This document shows positions 1 to 11,989 of a stretch of 64,000 nt of DNA, piece by piece; within the stretch, counting starts at the first letter, position 1; each line of letters starts with the position of its first letter. Both the position numbers and the translations under genes were made by a program. The DNA is from Candidatus Poriferisodalis sp. (lineage in GTDB: Bacteria > Actinomycetota > Acidimicrobiia > Acidimicrobiales > Poriferisodalaceae). The notes beneath the pieces are model-generated. The model was not told the DNA's origin, ran no database searches, and saw nothing but the letters and a program-made list of their open reading frames with translations. Where the stretch lies: the NCBI RefSeq assembly GCF_965203655.1, contig NZ_CBDBDD010000007.1, positions 7,348 to 71,347 of the forward strand. The letters run 5' to 3'.

Positions 1-881
1 GGCTGCTGGCCGTCGCCGATGTGCTGGTGGAGAACTTCCGGCCCGGCAAGCTCGAAGCGCTCGGCCTGGTGCCCGACGAGCTGATCGAAGCCAACCCGAA
101 GCTGGTGGTGGTGCGGCTGACCGGCTTCGGCCAGGACGGCCCGTACCGCGACCGGCCGGGCTTCGCGACGCTCGCCGAGGCGATGAGCGGCTTCGCTTCG
201 ATGAATGGCGAGGCCGACGGCGCGCCGCTGCTGCCGCCGGTGGCGCTCACCGACGAGATCGCCGGACTGGCCGGAGCGTTCGCGGCGATGGTGGCCCTGC
301 GCAGCGGCGTCGGCCAAGTCGTCGACGTGAACCTGCTCGAATCCATGTCTCAGGCGATGGGTCCGCTCATGACCGCATGGCATACCGAGGGCTACCTGCA
401 GCCCCGCCTCGGATCAGGCATTCCCTACAGCGTCCCCCGCGGCACCTACCAGGCGTCCGACGGCAGATGGCTGGCTGTCAGCAGCTCCACCGACTCGGTC
501 GCTGCACGGGTCATGGAGATGATCGGCATCGGCGACGACGAGCGCTTCACCTCCTTCGAGGGCCGCATGGCCCATCGCGCCGAGTTGGACGAGGCAATGG
601 CCGACTGGGTGTCACAGCGCACGCTGGCTGAGGCAGTCGAGGCATTCGACAACGCCCAGGCAGCCGCAGCCCCGGTGCTGGACATGAGCCAGCTGGCAGA
701 CGACCCGCACGCCACATCCCGCGAAGTGTTCGTAGAGGTCGACGGCCTCATGCAGCAGAACGTGATCGCCCGCCTGAGCGCCACACCCGGTCAAGTCCGC
801 TGGACCGGCCGCAATGAAGGCGCCGACAACAACTGCCTCGCCGACATCGGTGACGACGCCGACCCCTGGCCCGACCCCTGA
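1..881 (+). CDS. Family III CoA transferase (CaiB/BaiF-like), 5-prime partial
   Basis: ORF 21..881 stays open back to base 3 (LLAVADVLVENFRPG). Shows the VENFRPG and RLTGFGQDGPY signatures typical of family III CoA transferases. Confidence 0.85.
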   Translation, partial: LLAVADVLVENFRPGKLEALGLVPDELIEANPKLVVVRLTGFGQDGPYRDRPGFATLAEAMSGFASMNGEADGAPLLPPVALTDEIAGLAGAFAAMVALRSGVGQVVDVNLLESMSQAMGPLMTAWHTEGYLQPRLGSGIPYSVPRGTYQASDGRWLAVSSSTDSVAARVMEMIGIGDDERFTSFEGRMAHRAELDEAMADWVSQRTLAEAVEAFDNAQAAAAPVLDMSQLADDPHATSREVFVEVDGLMQQNVIARLSATPGQVRWTGRNEGADNNCLADIGDDADPWPDP

Positions 882-2324
882 TCAGCCGTCGGACGAAATC
901 GGCGCCACGCCCTTCAGCTTGAGCAACACCCAACGCCCGGCCTTCATCAGCGGGTACGTGAAGCGCGAGATCAGCGGCGAGCTGAACGCCAGCCGGTTGA
1001 ACTTGTTGAAAGCACCATGGTCGGTGGACAGCAGCGCGAGCACGTTGAGCGCTTCATGACCGACGAAGTGCCGGTCGCCGATCCTCACCACCATCCCGTC
1101 ATTCAGATCGTGCGGCAGCCGCCGGACCTCGTCGACGATCGGGCCGCCCTGGCGCGCATCGACCAGCACGAATTCGCCCACAGTTTCCTGCAGCCGCAAG
1201 TACTGGGCGTAGTTGTTGCACATCGGGCACTCGCCGTCGTACACCAACCAGACCCGATCCGTCTCCTGAGGCCGTTGCGACCGCTGCCGCCGCTGCATGA
1301 GACGGAACGGTATGCCCACGAGCGGCAGCGAGCGCACGGTCCCCGACAACGAGAACCGGTCAGGAGCAAGAGGAGACAGCAAGAAGAAGAGACCCAACAG
1401 GAAAATACTGTATTCGTTGAAAATCCTGAGTGTCCAACCGCTCAATAGATGGAAGAGGATCAACGAGATCCCATACAGACGATGCAACCGGGGGCGGAAT
1501 ACAACCAGCAAGGCCGTTACTTGAACGTAGAGTAGCCCCAGCCACATCACGTAGCTCAAGAGTTCCCATCGCACGACAAACGGCAGGGCCGGAGGTATGT
1601 CGCCAAGCTGATCTAGTGCCCGATTGAGCGCAGTGCGCGTCAGGGCGCTGGGAGACAGTGCATCGAGACCGCTGAAGTAGAGCTTCTGAATCCCGGACAG
1701 CGTGTATGGCAACAGGACGAGAGCTTGTGCAAACCAGAATACGGTCAGAATTCGAGTAGCCCTGCGATACGTCGACTGCCGTCGCTCGCTGCCTGTGGGC
1801 AAAAAGATGAGAGCGAAACTGGTGAACAACAGAACATGCAGGCCGTGATTGATGGCTCCGTATGAGTTGCTGAGTGCCACCTGCAGCAGGACATAGAGAA
1901 ATGTCCCCAATCTGGGCAGGGCAGTTCGATGAGATATGGCGGACCACAGCGCAAACAAGACTCCTGCAGCCGTAAACGCCGTCGCATGTGTGAACCACGC
2001 CGGGTTCAGCAACCACTCAAATATGCGAATCGGCCAGAGCGGAGCATGCGGAGCTGTGCCCGTGTATGCCTGAGTAAATCTCAGCGAGGAAACGGCAATG
2101 AGCCATGCAACATAGAGATAGAAGACTCTTGCGAGCCACATGACTCTGGTCGTGGCTGATATCAAGTCAGACGGCGACCGTCGCTCGGTCGTGCGCAGAT
2201 TCAACACAGACCTGCGAAATTTGCGCAGTCGCGCCCTTGTCGCTCGGTGCAGATGCTTGCCGGTACGCAAGCGTCCACTGTCTGTTTCCTTCATCGCAGC
2301 AGTCGAGTCGTCAGTAGATGTCAA
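882..2324 (-). CDS. Polytopic membrane protein fused to a C-terminal DCC/DUF393 thiol-disulfide oxidoreductase domain
   Basis: The N-terminal ~330 aa are multi-TM and paralogous to 2321..3292. The C-terminal WLVYDGECPMCNNYAQYL carries the DxxCxxC motif of the DCC family. Start is either TTG 2324 or ATG 2294. Confidence 0.7.
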   Translation of the reverse strand: MTSTDDSTAAMKETDSGRLRTGKHLHRATRARLRKFRRSVLNLRTTERRSPSDLISATTRVMWLARVFYLYVAWLIAVSSLRFTQAYTGTAPHAPLWPIRIFEWLLNPAWFTHATAFTAAGVLFALWSAISHRTALPRLGTFLYVLLQVALSNSYGAINHGLHVLLFTSFALIFLPTGSERRQSTYRRATRILTVFWFAQALVLLPYTLSGIQKLYFSGLDALSPSALTRTALNRALDQLGDIPPALPFVVRWELLSYVMWLGLLYVQVTALLVVFRPRLHRLYGISLILFHLLSGWTLRIFNEYSIFLLGLFFLLSPLAPDRFSLSGTVRSLPLVGIPFRLMQRRQRSQRPQETDRVWLVYDGECPMCNNYAQYLRLQETVGEFVLVDARQGGPIVDEVRRLPHDLNDGMVVRIGDRHFVGHEALNVLALLSTDHGAFNKFNRLAFSSPLISRFTYPLMKAGRWVLLKLKGVAPISSDG

Positions 2325-3292
2325 AGAGCATTCCGCCGCTGCATGAGACGGAACGGTATGCCCACGAGCGGCAGCGAACGCACGGTTGCCGGCAGCGAGA
2401 ACCGATCAGGGGCCAACGGCGACAGCAGCAGGAACAGTCCCAGCATGACGATGTTGAGCGAGAACGAGATGTTCATGAGCCAATCGCTGGTGATGTGGAA
2501 CAGCATCAGCGCCGCGCCGAACGGCCGGTGCAGGTGGGGCCGGAACACCACCAGCAGCGCGAAGACTTCGATGTAGAGCGTGAGCCACCACATCGACTGC
2601 GCCAACCAGTTGTGCTGCGCCACGAACGGCAGCAAGAGCGGGATGTTGTCTGCTTCGAGCAGCGCCCGATCCAGCAGGATTCTCGACATCGCGTCAGTCG
2701 AGAACACCTCGAGGCGGCTATGCCAGAGCTTCCAGAAGCCCGACAGCGTGTACGACAGCAGAATCAGGCCCTGCGCAAACCACAAGACCGCGAGACAGCG
2801 GAGCACGCTCTTGCGTGCCATGAGGCGTCCCTCGTCGCGGCCCGGCAGGAACAGCAGCGCGAAGCCGACGAAGAGCATGATGTGCGAGCCGTGATTGATG
2901 GCACCGTAGGAATTGGCGAGCGCCACGTGCACCAGCAGGTAGGCGAAGCTGCCAAGACGCCACAGCAACAGCCGGGGGAAGCCCGCAGCCCCGATGGCAA
3001 ACAGCAGCCCAATCACCGTGACGACGCGGTCGTGTTCGAACCACCCTGATCCGGTCAGCCAACCCACGGCGTCGATGGGCCACAGCGGCGCCGTGGGCGG
3101 CTGCCCCATGTAGGCATGGGCGAACTGCAGTCCTGAGGTGCCGATGTTGAAGGCGAGGAAGAGGTAGTAGAAGCGGCCGAGCATGATCACACCGGTGGCT
3201 GCCGCCCTCAACTCAGCCTCCGAGCGTCGCTCGGCTTCACCGACCTGCAGTACTGACTTGCGGATCCGACGCATCGGCGCCGTGGCGCGCAC
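2321..3292 (-). CDS. Polytopic membrane protein, paralog of the membrane domain of 882..2324 (no DCC domain)
   Basis: Shares AYxGxxPxAPLWPI, NSYGAINHG and LSPLAPDRFSLxxTVRSLPLVGIPFRLMQRR with the downstream gene. Its stop overlaps the downstream TTG start. Confidence 0.7.
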   Translation of the reverse strand: MRATAPMRRIRKSVLQVGEAERRSEAELRAAATGVIMLGRFYYLFLAFNIGTSGLQFAHAYMGQPPTAPLWPIDAVGWLTGSGWFEHDRVVTVIGLLFAIGAAGFPRLLLWRLGSFAYLLVHVALANSYGAINHGSHIMLFVGFALLFLPGRDEGRLMARKSVLRCLAVLWFAQGLILLSYTLSGFWKLWHSRLEVFSTDAMSRILLDRALLEADNIPLLLPFVAQHNWLAQSMWWLTLYIEVFALLVVFRPHLHRPFGAALMLFHITSDWLMNISFSLNIVMLGLFLLLSPLAPDRFSLPATVRSLPLVGIPFRLMQRRNAL

Positions 3293-3298
3293 GGCCGT

Positions 3299-3844
3299 CT
3301 ACTCCGATTCCGCGGACGGCTCGATCCGGCCGGTGTCGGTGTTCCAGCGGCCGATGACGCTGACCGGCCGGTAGAAGTCGGTCCTGAGAGCGGTTCCGTC
3401 CGCGAGATCGTCGACACCGTCCCGAACATCACCCAGGTCGACTTCGGCTTCGATGATGCTGAAGTCGATGCTGCGATCTCCGAGCGTTCGCCGCACGATC
3501 GGTACCAGCACGTCGGAGACCGTGCCGTCGCAGGGATCGCCCCGGCGGCACGCCCAAGCAGTGCTGCTCAGCACCTTCCAGTCCCTGATGTCGGTGCTCG
3601 GGATCAGGTAGAAGCCGTCTTCGGCTGGCTCACCGTCGATCGCGTCGATGACCAGCCCGAACTCGGTTGTCTGCCAGTCGGGGATGTTCGCGAACAGCTT
3701 CCACCTGAAAAAGGGGAAGACCTCAGAGTGGTCATCCTCGATGACTCCGTTGAGCGGGATCATGGCGAGATAGAGGACGAAGAACGCCGGAACGAGCAGC
3801 TTCCACCGACGGCGGCGCCTGATGCGTGAGGCGGTGCCGGTCAC
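3299..3844 (-). CDS. Hypothetical N-terminally membrane-anchored protein
   Basis: Arg-rich N-terminus followed by one TM helix (WKLLVPAFFVLYLAMIPL). Same strand as the two membrane paralogs and 7 nt upstream of them. No recognisable family. Confidence 0.5.
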   Translation of the reverse strand: MTGTASRIRRRRRWKLLVPAFFVLYLAMIPLNGVIEDDHSEVFPFFRWKLFANIPDWQTTEFGLVIDAIDGEPAEDGFYLIPSTDIRDWKVLSSTAWACRRGDPCDGTVSDVLVPIVRRTLGDRSIDFSIIEAEVDLGDVRDGVDDLADGTALRTDFYRPVSVIGRWNTDTGRIEPSAESE

Positions 3845-3912
3845 AGGATCCTCAGGTCTCCGGCGGGTGTTGTCGTCGGCGTTGCGTGCAAGACATCAGC
3901 GTGGCGCGCTGT

Positions 3913-5883
3913 TCAGCCGGTGCCGGTGCGCGACTGCTCGGCCAGGCCGGCGATGTCGGCCATGATCGCGGCCAGCTCGAAGTCCTTCGGGGTGTAGACC
4001 GCGGCCACCCCCGCGTCGCGCAGTGCCTGATGGTCCGCGGGCGGGATGATGCCGCCGACGACCACCGGTGCGCTCACGCCCTCGGCGTCGAGGCACGCCA
4101 GCACCTCGGGCACCAGCTCCAGGTGACTGCCCGACAGGATCGACAGGCCGATCACGTCGACGTCCTCGTCGCGTGCGGTAGCGGCGATGTGACGCGGCGT
4201 CAGCCGGATGCCTTCGTACACGACTTCCATGCCGGCATCGCGAGCCGCGACCGCCACCTGCTCGGCACCGTTGGAATGGCCGTCCAGGCCTGGCTTGGCA
4301 ACCAGCACCCGGGGCGGTCCGCCCTCCATCGCCGCGCACCGCTGGGCCACGGTCGCCAGTGCCGTCCCTCTCGACGCCCCGCCGACGCCGCCCAAGCCGG
4401 TCGGTGCACGGAACTCGCCGAACACCTCGCGCAATGCCTGCGCCCACTCGCCGGTCGTCACCCCGGCATGGGCGGCCTCGATGCTCGGCCCCATGATGTT
4501 CACATCGCCTGAAGCGGCCACCCGCAGGTCGTCCAGGGCTGCGACGACCCGGTTCGAGTCGCGGGCGCCCCGCCAGCGTTCGAGGTCGGCAACCAGCTCG
4601 GCTTCGGTCTCGGGATCCACCCGCAGGATCGACTCGTCGCCCTCCAGCGGCGACGGAGCCGTCTCGGTGAACTCGTTCACCCCCACCACGGTCAGCTCGC
4701 TGGCCTCGATCTGGCGCACCCGCTCGGTGTGGCTCGCCACCAGTCGCCGCTTCAGCTCGGTGATCGCGGCGAACGCGCCCCCCATGGCGAGCACGTCGTC
4801 CAGCTCAGCCTGCGCAGCGTCGACCAGCTCGGCGGTGCGACCCTCGACCACGACCGAACCGTCGAAGATGTCGCCGTACTCCAGCAGGTCGGTCTCGTGC
4901 GCCAGCACTTGTTGGATGCGCAGCGACCACTGCTGGTCCCAGGGCCGCGGCAGCCCCAGTGCCTCATTCCAGGCAGGCAACTGCAACGAGCGGGTCCGCG
5001 CCCGCTGCGACAGCGTCACGCCCAAGGCTTCCAGCGTGATCCGGGCCACGTTGTTCTCGGGCTGCGCCTCGGTGAGCCCGAGCGAGTTCACCTGCACGCC
5101 GTAGCGGAACCGCCGCAGCTTGGGGTCGGCCACGCCGTAGCGCTCAGCGCAGATCTGGTCCCACATCTGGGTGAAGGCCCGCACCTTGCAGACCTCTTCG
5201 ATGAAGCGGATGCCGCCGTTCACGAAGAACGAGATGCTGCCCACCGTGGCGTCGAAGCGCTCGGCGGGCACCTTGCCGCTGTCGCGCACCGCGTCGAGCA
5301 CGTCGATCGCGGTGGCCAGCGCGTAGGCGATCTCCTGGGTGGGCGTGGCGCCGGCTTCCTGCAGGTGGTAGCTGCACACGTTGATCGGATTCCACTGCGG
5401 GACATGGGCCGCGCAGTACGCCACGACATCGACGGTGAGCCGACGGCTGGCTTCGGGCGGGAAGATGAACGTGCCCCGGCTCAGGTACTCCTTCACGATG
5501 TCGTTCTGGGTGGTGCCCCGCAGCGCCTCGGCCGCCACCCCGGTGTTCTGCGCGTTGGCGATGTACAGGCTCAGCAGCCACGGCGCGGTGGCATTGATGG
5601 TCATGGAGGTGTTCATGGCATCGGGCGGGATGCCCTCCATGAGCTGGGCCATGTGGCCCAGGTGCACTACGGGCACGCCGACCTTGCCGACTTCGCCGCG
5701 CGCCATCGGATGACCGGGGTCGTAACCGGTCTGTGTCGGCAGGTCGAAGGCCACCGACAGCCCTGTCTGGCCTTTGGCCAGCATCGACCGGTACAGCTCG
5801 TTGGATGCCCGGGCCGTGGAGTGCCCCGAGTACGTGCGCATCAGCCATGGCCGCGTGCGCTGTGGCGCATCGGATGCTGTCAT
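3913..5883 (-). CDS. Fused B12-dependent acyl-CoA mutase (catalytic domain plus C-terminal cobalamin-binding domain; MeaA/ethylmalonyl-CoA-mutase-like or MCM-like)
   Basis: PWLMRTYSGHSTARASNELY and GLSVAFDLPTQTGYD in the N-terminal part. C-terminal LVAKPGLDGHSNGAEQV is a DxHxxG-type B12 motif. ATG at 5883 was chosen because the longer ORF overlaps aat. Confidence 0.85.
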   Translation of the reverse strand: MTASDAPQRTRPWLMRTYSGHSTARASNELYRSMLAKGQTGLSVAFDLPTQTGYDPGHPMARGEVGKVGVPVVHLGHMAQLMEGIPPDAMNTSMTINATAPWLLSLYIANAQNTGVAAEALRGTTQNDIVKEYLSRGTFIFPPEASRRLTVDVVAYCAAHVPQWNPINVCSYHLQEAGATPTQEIAYALATAIDVLDAVRDSGKVPAERFDATVGSISFFVNGGIRFIEEVCKVRAFTQMWDQICAERYGVADPKLRRFRYGVQVNSLGLTEAQPENNVARITLEALGVTLSQRARTRSLQLPAWNEALGLPRPWDQQWSLRIQQVLAHETDLLEYGDIFDGSVVVEGRTAELVDAAQAELDDVLAMGGAFAAITELKRRLVASHTERVRQIEASELTVVGVNEFTETAPSPLEGDESILRVDPETEAELVADLERWRGARDSNRVVAALDDLRVAASGDVNIMGPSIEAAHAGVTTGEWAQALREVFGEFRAPTGLGGVGGASRGTALATVAQRCAAMEGGPPRVLVAKPGLDGHSNGAEQVAVAARDAGMEVVYEGIRLTPRHIAATARDEDVDVIGLSILSGSHLELVPEVLACLDAEGVSAPVVVGGIIPPADHQALRDAGVAAVYTPKDFELAAIMADIAGLAEQSRTGTG

Positions 5884-5888
5884 GGGCG

Positions 5889-6596
5889 TCAGCCCTCGAG
5901 CATGCGGAAGACCATCGGGCGCAGCCAGATTTCGGGCAGCGGCCGCGTGATGGCCTCGGCCAGCAGTTCCAGGTATGCCGCCCGCTCGACCTCCACGGCA
6001 CCCAACCCGGCCAGGTGCGGGGTCGTCCACTGCACGTCCAGCAGTGCTCCGCCGGTCACTTTGAGCGCATCGACGAGGGCGACCAGCGCCACCTTGGAGG
6101 CGTCGCTCTCGGTGTGGAACATCGACTCGCCGGCGAAGAAGGCGCCTACCGCCACACCGTAGAGACCGCCGACGAGTTCGTCGTCGAGCCAGGCCTCCAC
6201 GCTGTGGGCCCATCCCAGTTCGTGCAGGGACAGGTAGGCGCTGTGCATGTCGTCGCTGATCCAGCCATGGGGCCGGGCGGGATCTGCGCACGACTCCAGC
6301 ACCTGTTCGAAGGAGGTGTCGATGCGGATGTCGAAACGTCGGCACGCCCGCCGCAGCGAACGGCTGACGCGGAGGTAGCTGAGCGGCAGGATGCCGCGCG
6401 GGTCCGGCGACCACCAGCCGATGCTCTCGCCCAGCGGCATCGGGAACAGCCCCGTCCGGTAGGCGCCGAGCAGCGTGCCAGCTTCGAGATCGGCGCCGGC
6501 GCCCACCAGTCCGTTCTCGTCCGCCGTCGATGCCGGCGGGAAGGACCATCCCGACGCAGGCGGCTCCGTCGGGCCGTCTTCTGACTGGCGCTGCAT
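5889..6596 (-). CDS. aat: Leucyl/phenylalanyl-tRNA--protein transferase
   Basis: GLFPMP, WWSPDPRGILPL, GWAHSVEAW and LVGGLYGVAVGAFFAGESMF. ATG at 6596 gives 235 aa. Confidence 0.85.
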   Translation of the reverse strand: MQRQSEDGPTEPPASGWSFPPASTADENGLVGAGADLEAGTLLGAYRTGLFPMPLGESIGWWSPDPRGILPLSYLRVSRSLRRACRRFDIRIDTSFEQVLESCADPARPHGWISDDMHSAYLSLHELGWAHSVEAWLDDELVGGLYGVAVGAFFAGESMFHTESDASKVALVALVDALKVTGGALLDVQWTTPHLAGLGAVEVERAAYLELLAEAITRPLPEIWLRPMVFRMLEG

Positions 6597-6652
6597 CGGC
6601 GCGAGCCTACGCCTGTTGCGGGCGGACCGTTGGATGCGCCGCAGGGCGCTGC

Positions 6653-7573
6653 TCAGCCGCGCGCATCGCTGTACGCGTTGACCTGCGCCAGGGAGGCCTC
6701 GGTGACCGTCACGCTCTTCACCACGACATCCTGGACCGGCACGTCGCCCGCTCCGGTCTCGACGCCTTCGATCTCCATGACGATGTCCATGCCCTCGACG
6801 ACTTGGCCGAGCGGCGAGTACAGCGGCGGCAGCCCGGCACCGTCGGGGCCGGTGATCACGAAGAACTGCGAGCCGTTGGTCGCGGGGTTCCCCCGGTTGG
6901 CCATGGCAACGGAGCCGACCCGGTACCACTCTTCGGGCGGGAATGCGCCGGTGAACTGGTAGCCGGGGCCGCCCCTGCCGAAGTCGATCTGCACATCGCC
7001 GCCCTGGATCACGAAGTCGGAGATGATCCGGTGGAAGAGCGTGCCGTCGAAGGCCCCCCAGCGGGCCAGCACCACGAAGTTGTTGACGCTGTCGAGGTCG
7101 AGCGTGGGGTCGAGCACCATCGTGAAGGCGCCCATGTTCGTGTCGAACACGGCCGCGTACATCGTGTCGGCATCGATGCAGATCGGGGGCGGCTGGTCGA
7201 ATTGATTGCGCGGGCCGTCGCTGCCATCAGCAGCGGGACAGGCGGTCGGATCCGGCGCAGCGGTGTCAACGGGGCTGTCGTCGGCCGCAGGTTCGGCCGC
7301 GGCGTCGGTAGCCGGAGGCGTCTCATCGCTCGGCTCGTCGGTCTCGAACGCGGTGACCGGGGGTGCCTCGGTGGCCACGGTGGCGTCGTCGCTGCCTTCG
7401 TCGTCACCGCCGCTGAACGTGCTCCACAGCCACAGCGCAATCAGCACTGCAGCCACGACGAGCACCACCCGGAACACCTTGCGCCCCGTGGTGGAGCGCT
7501 TCTTGACGCGTTCGGCTTCGGCAATCGCCCGCATCCGGTTCTCGCGCTGGCGCTGTCTCTTCTCGCTGCCCAT
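6653..7573 (-). CDS. Cyclophilin-type peptidyl-prolyl isomerase with N-terminal TM anchor and acidic linker
   Basis: FHRIISDFVIQGGD and NGSQFFVITG. TM helix VFRVVLVVAAVLIALWLW. Confidence 0.85.
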   Translation of the reverse strand: MGSEKRQRQRENRMRAIAEAERVKKRSTTGRKVFRVVLVVAAVLIALWLWSTFSGGDDEGSDDATVATEAPPVTAFETDEPSDETPPATDAAAEPAADDSPVDTAAPDPTACPAADGSDGPRNQFDQPPPICIDADTMYAAVFDTNMGAFTMVLDPTLDLDSVNNFVVLARWGAFDGTLFHRIISDFVIQGGDVQIDFGRGGPGYQFTGAFPPEEWYRVGSVAMANRGNPATNGSQFFVITGPDGAGLPPLYSPLGQVVEGMDIVMEIEGVETGAGDVPVQDVVVKSVTVTEASLAQVNAYSDARG

Positions 7574-7696
7574 GAGCGGCGCTCTCCGTGTAGCTGAGGG
7601 GGCTGGTGGTGAATCCTGCCGACGGTCACACTACCGAGGCTCACCCCTCGGCCTGGTTGGGCGCATCGGCAGCGGGAATCGACTGACCGTGTTGTC

Positions 7697-10041
<2,345 letters not shown>

Positions 10042-10069
10042 GACACAGTGCCGAGGTTCTCTCGGCCGG

Positions 10070-11074
10070 CTAGCTGCCGCGCACCACCACTTCGGCGCCC
10101 GGCACTTCGGGTTCGTCGTCGACGATCTCGGCCGGGAAGCCCGGTGCTGTGATCGTCCGGCCGGTGGCGTCCTCGAGGCGCCGGATGATGTTCGGCGACC
10201 ATTCCCGCTCGCCGTAGCGAGCGGCGCCGTCGGCGAAGACGTCCACCAGTACGGGCGACAGCTCGAGCGGGATGCCGTGCTCCGCGGCGATGTCCGCGAA
10301 CAGGCCGATGTCCTTGCAGACGAGGTCCATGGTGAAGTTGATGTCGCGCGAGCCGTTCAGGATGACCTGGCTCTCGGTCTCGTGCACGAACGAGTTGCCC
10401 GAGCTGATGCGGATGGCCTCGTACGCGGTTGCCAGGTCCATGCCGGCGGCGTCGGAGGTGACCAGCGCCTCGCACAGCGAGACGAGGTTCGCGGTGGCTA
10501 GGTAGTTGGTCACGACCTTGAGGATCGACGCGGAGCCGAGCGGGCCGGTGTGCAGGATCCGCCGTCCCATCGTGGTGAGCAGCGGCAGCATGGCGTCGAA
10601 GGTCGAGCGGTCGCCCCCGGCGAAGATGGCGATGTTGCCGGTGGCAGCCCTGTGGCAGCCGCCCGATACCGGGCAGTCGATGGCGGCCCCGCCGGCAGCC
10701 TCCACCTGGGCGCCGAGCCGGCGCACCTCGTGATGATCGGTGGTGCTCATCTCGGCCCAGATCTTCGGGGCCGGCGCCTTGCTCGCGGCGAAACCGGCCA
10801 GCACGCCGTGGTCGGCTTCGAGCACAACCGCAGAAGCAGCAGGGGAGGGCAGGCAAGTGATCACCACGTCACAGCGTTCGGCCAGCTCCGCGCCCGAGGC
10901 AGCCGTCGAAGCCCCCGCATCCAGAAACGGCGCCATCGCCTCAGGGTCCAGATCGCGCACCACAAGCTCGACCCCGTTGCGCAACAAAGACCCCGCCAGC
11001 TTGCCGCCCACATTGCCAAGCCCAACAAACCCCACGCGCTGCGCGGTAGCCGACCCGGGAGGTACCTCAGCCAT
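10070..11074 (-). CDS. NAD(P)-dependent beta-hydroxyacid dehydrogenase family oxidoreductase
   Basis: VGFVGLGNVGGKLA Rossmann motif, with a HIBADH/6PGDH-like C-terminal region. Confidence 0.8.
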   Translation of the reverse strand: MAEVPPGSATAQRVGFVGLGNVGGKLAGSLLRNGVELVVRDLDPEAMAPFLDAGASTAASGAELAERCDVVITCLPSPAASAVVLEADHGVLAGFAASKAPAPKIWAEMSTTDHHEVRRLGAQVEAAGGAAIDCPVSGGCHRAATGNIAIFAGGDRSTFDAMLPLLTTMGRRILHTGPLGSASILKVVTNYLATANLVSLCEALVTSDAAGMDLATAYEAIRISSGNSFVHETESQVILNGSRDINFTMDLVCKDIGLFADIAAEHGIPLELSPVLVDVFADGAARYGEREWSPNIIRRLEDATGRTITAPGFPAEIVDDEPEVPGAEVVVRGS

Positions 11075-11140
11075 AACGCAAGTATCCGCCGCCCGCTACC
11101 CAGAGCGCGTACGCACCGAGACTCTGCGCCACCCGTTGTC

Positions 11141-11465
<325 letters not shown>

Positions 11466-11473
11466 TCGCTGGG

Positions 11474-11938
11474 CTAGTTGGTTGTCGCCGTGTCGCGGTG
11501 CAGCAGCTCGTGCGCCGTGCGACGAAGCAGCAGCGGGTTCAGCGGCTTGACCAGCCAGGCATCGGCCTCTGAGCGCCGGGCCAGGAACTCGTCTGCCTCC
11601 CGGTCGACCAGCATCAGCACGGGCACCCGCGGCAGCCGGCCCATGCCGGATTCCAGCCGCAGGTCCAAGCAGGTGGCCATCCCGCCCATGTTGCCGATCT
11701 GGAAGTCCAGGATCACCAGGTCCGGGGTGCTGGATTGCACCGCCGGCCGGACGTCGTGCCCGGAGCGAACGACCCGGAACGTGACATCGCCGCTGGCGAG
11801 CGCAGCCGCCACCTCTTCGACCACCCAGTCGGCGTCTGTGGCCAGCAACACCTCGGTCACGGGCCGCAGGGTAATGGCGCGAGCCAGCCCATCTGCCACT
11901 GACGTCGTGCCGGCACTCGCATCGGGCCGGAACCGCAC
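11474..11938 (-). CDS. Stand-alone response-regulator receiver domain protein
   Basis: DLVILDFQIGNMGG, VLMLVDR and WLVKP (CheY-like D and K positions). No output domain. Confidence 0.7.
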   Translation of the reverse strand: MRFRPDASAGTTSVADGLARAITLRPVTEVLLATDADWVVEEVAAALASGDVTFRVVRSGHDVRPAVQSSTPDLVILDFQIGNMGGMATCLDLRLESGMGRLPRVPVLMLVDREADEFLARRSEADAWLVKPLNPLLLRRTAHELLHRDTATTN

Positions 11939-11989
11939 CGCTCGGGGACGCTCCTAGAGTTCGGGCCGATCACTTCTCAGGGAGATTGG

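Noticed and set aside
4729-6162. Long plus-strand ORFs (4208..5104, 4729..6162, 5733..6584) antisense to the mutase and aat genes
   Set aside because: These are typical GC-rich shadow ORFs: Arg/Pro/Gly-rich translations, no motifs, opposite well-supported genes. The same reasoning applies to 10550..11572, 11954..13063, 14062..15003, 22491..24032, 24225..25169, 25880..27193, 33928..35046, 35012..36430, 37102..38175, 38645..39676, 40012..41808, 43476..44540, 45248..46309 and 50178..51371.
5884-6549. N-terminal 222 codons of the 878-aa ORF 3913..6549, which would extend the acyl-CoA mutase
   Set aside because: The extension is Arg/Gly/Pro-rich with no mutase similarity. It lies entirely over the well-supported aat gene in another frame. 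The conserved mutase N-terminus starts right after ATG 5883.
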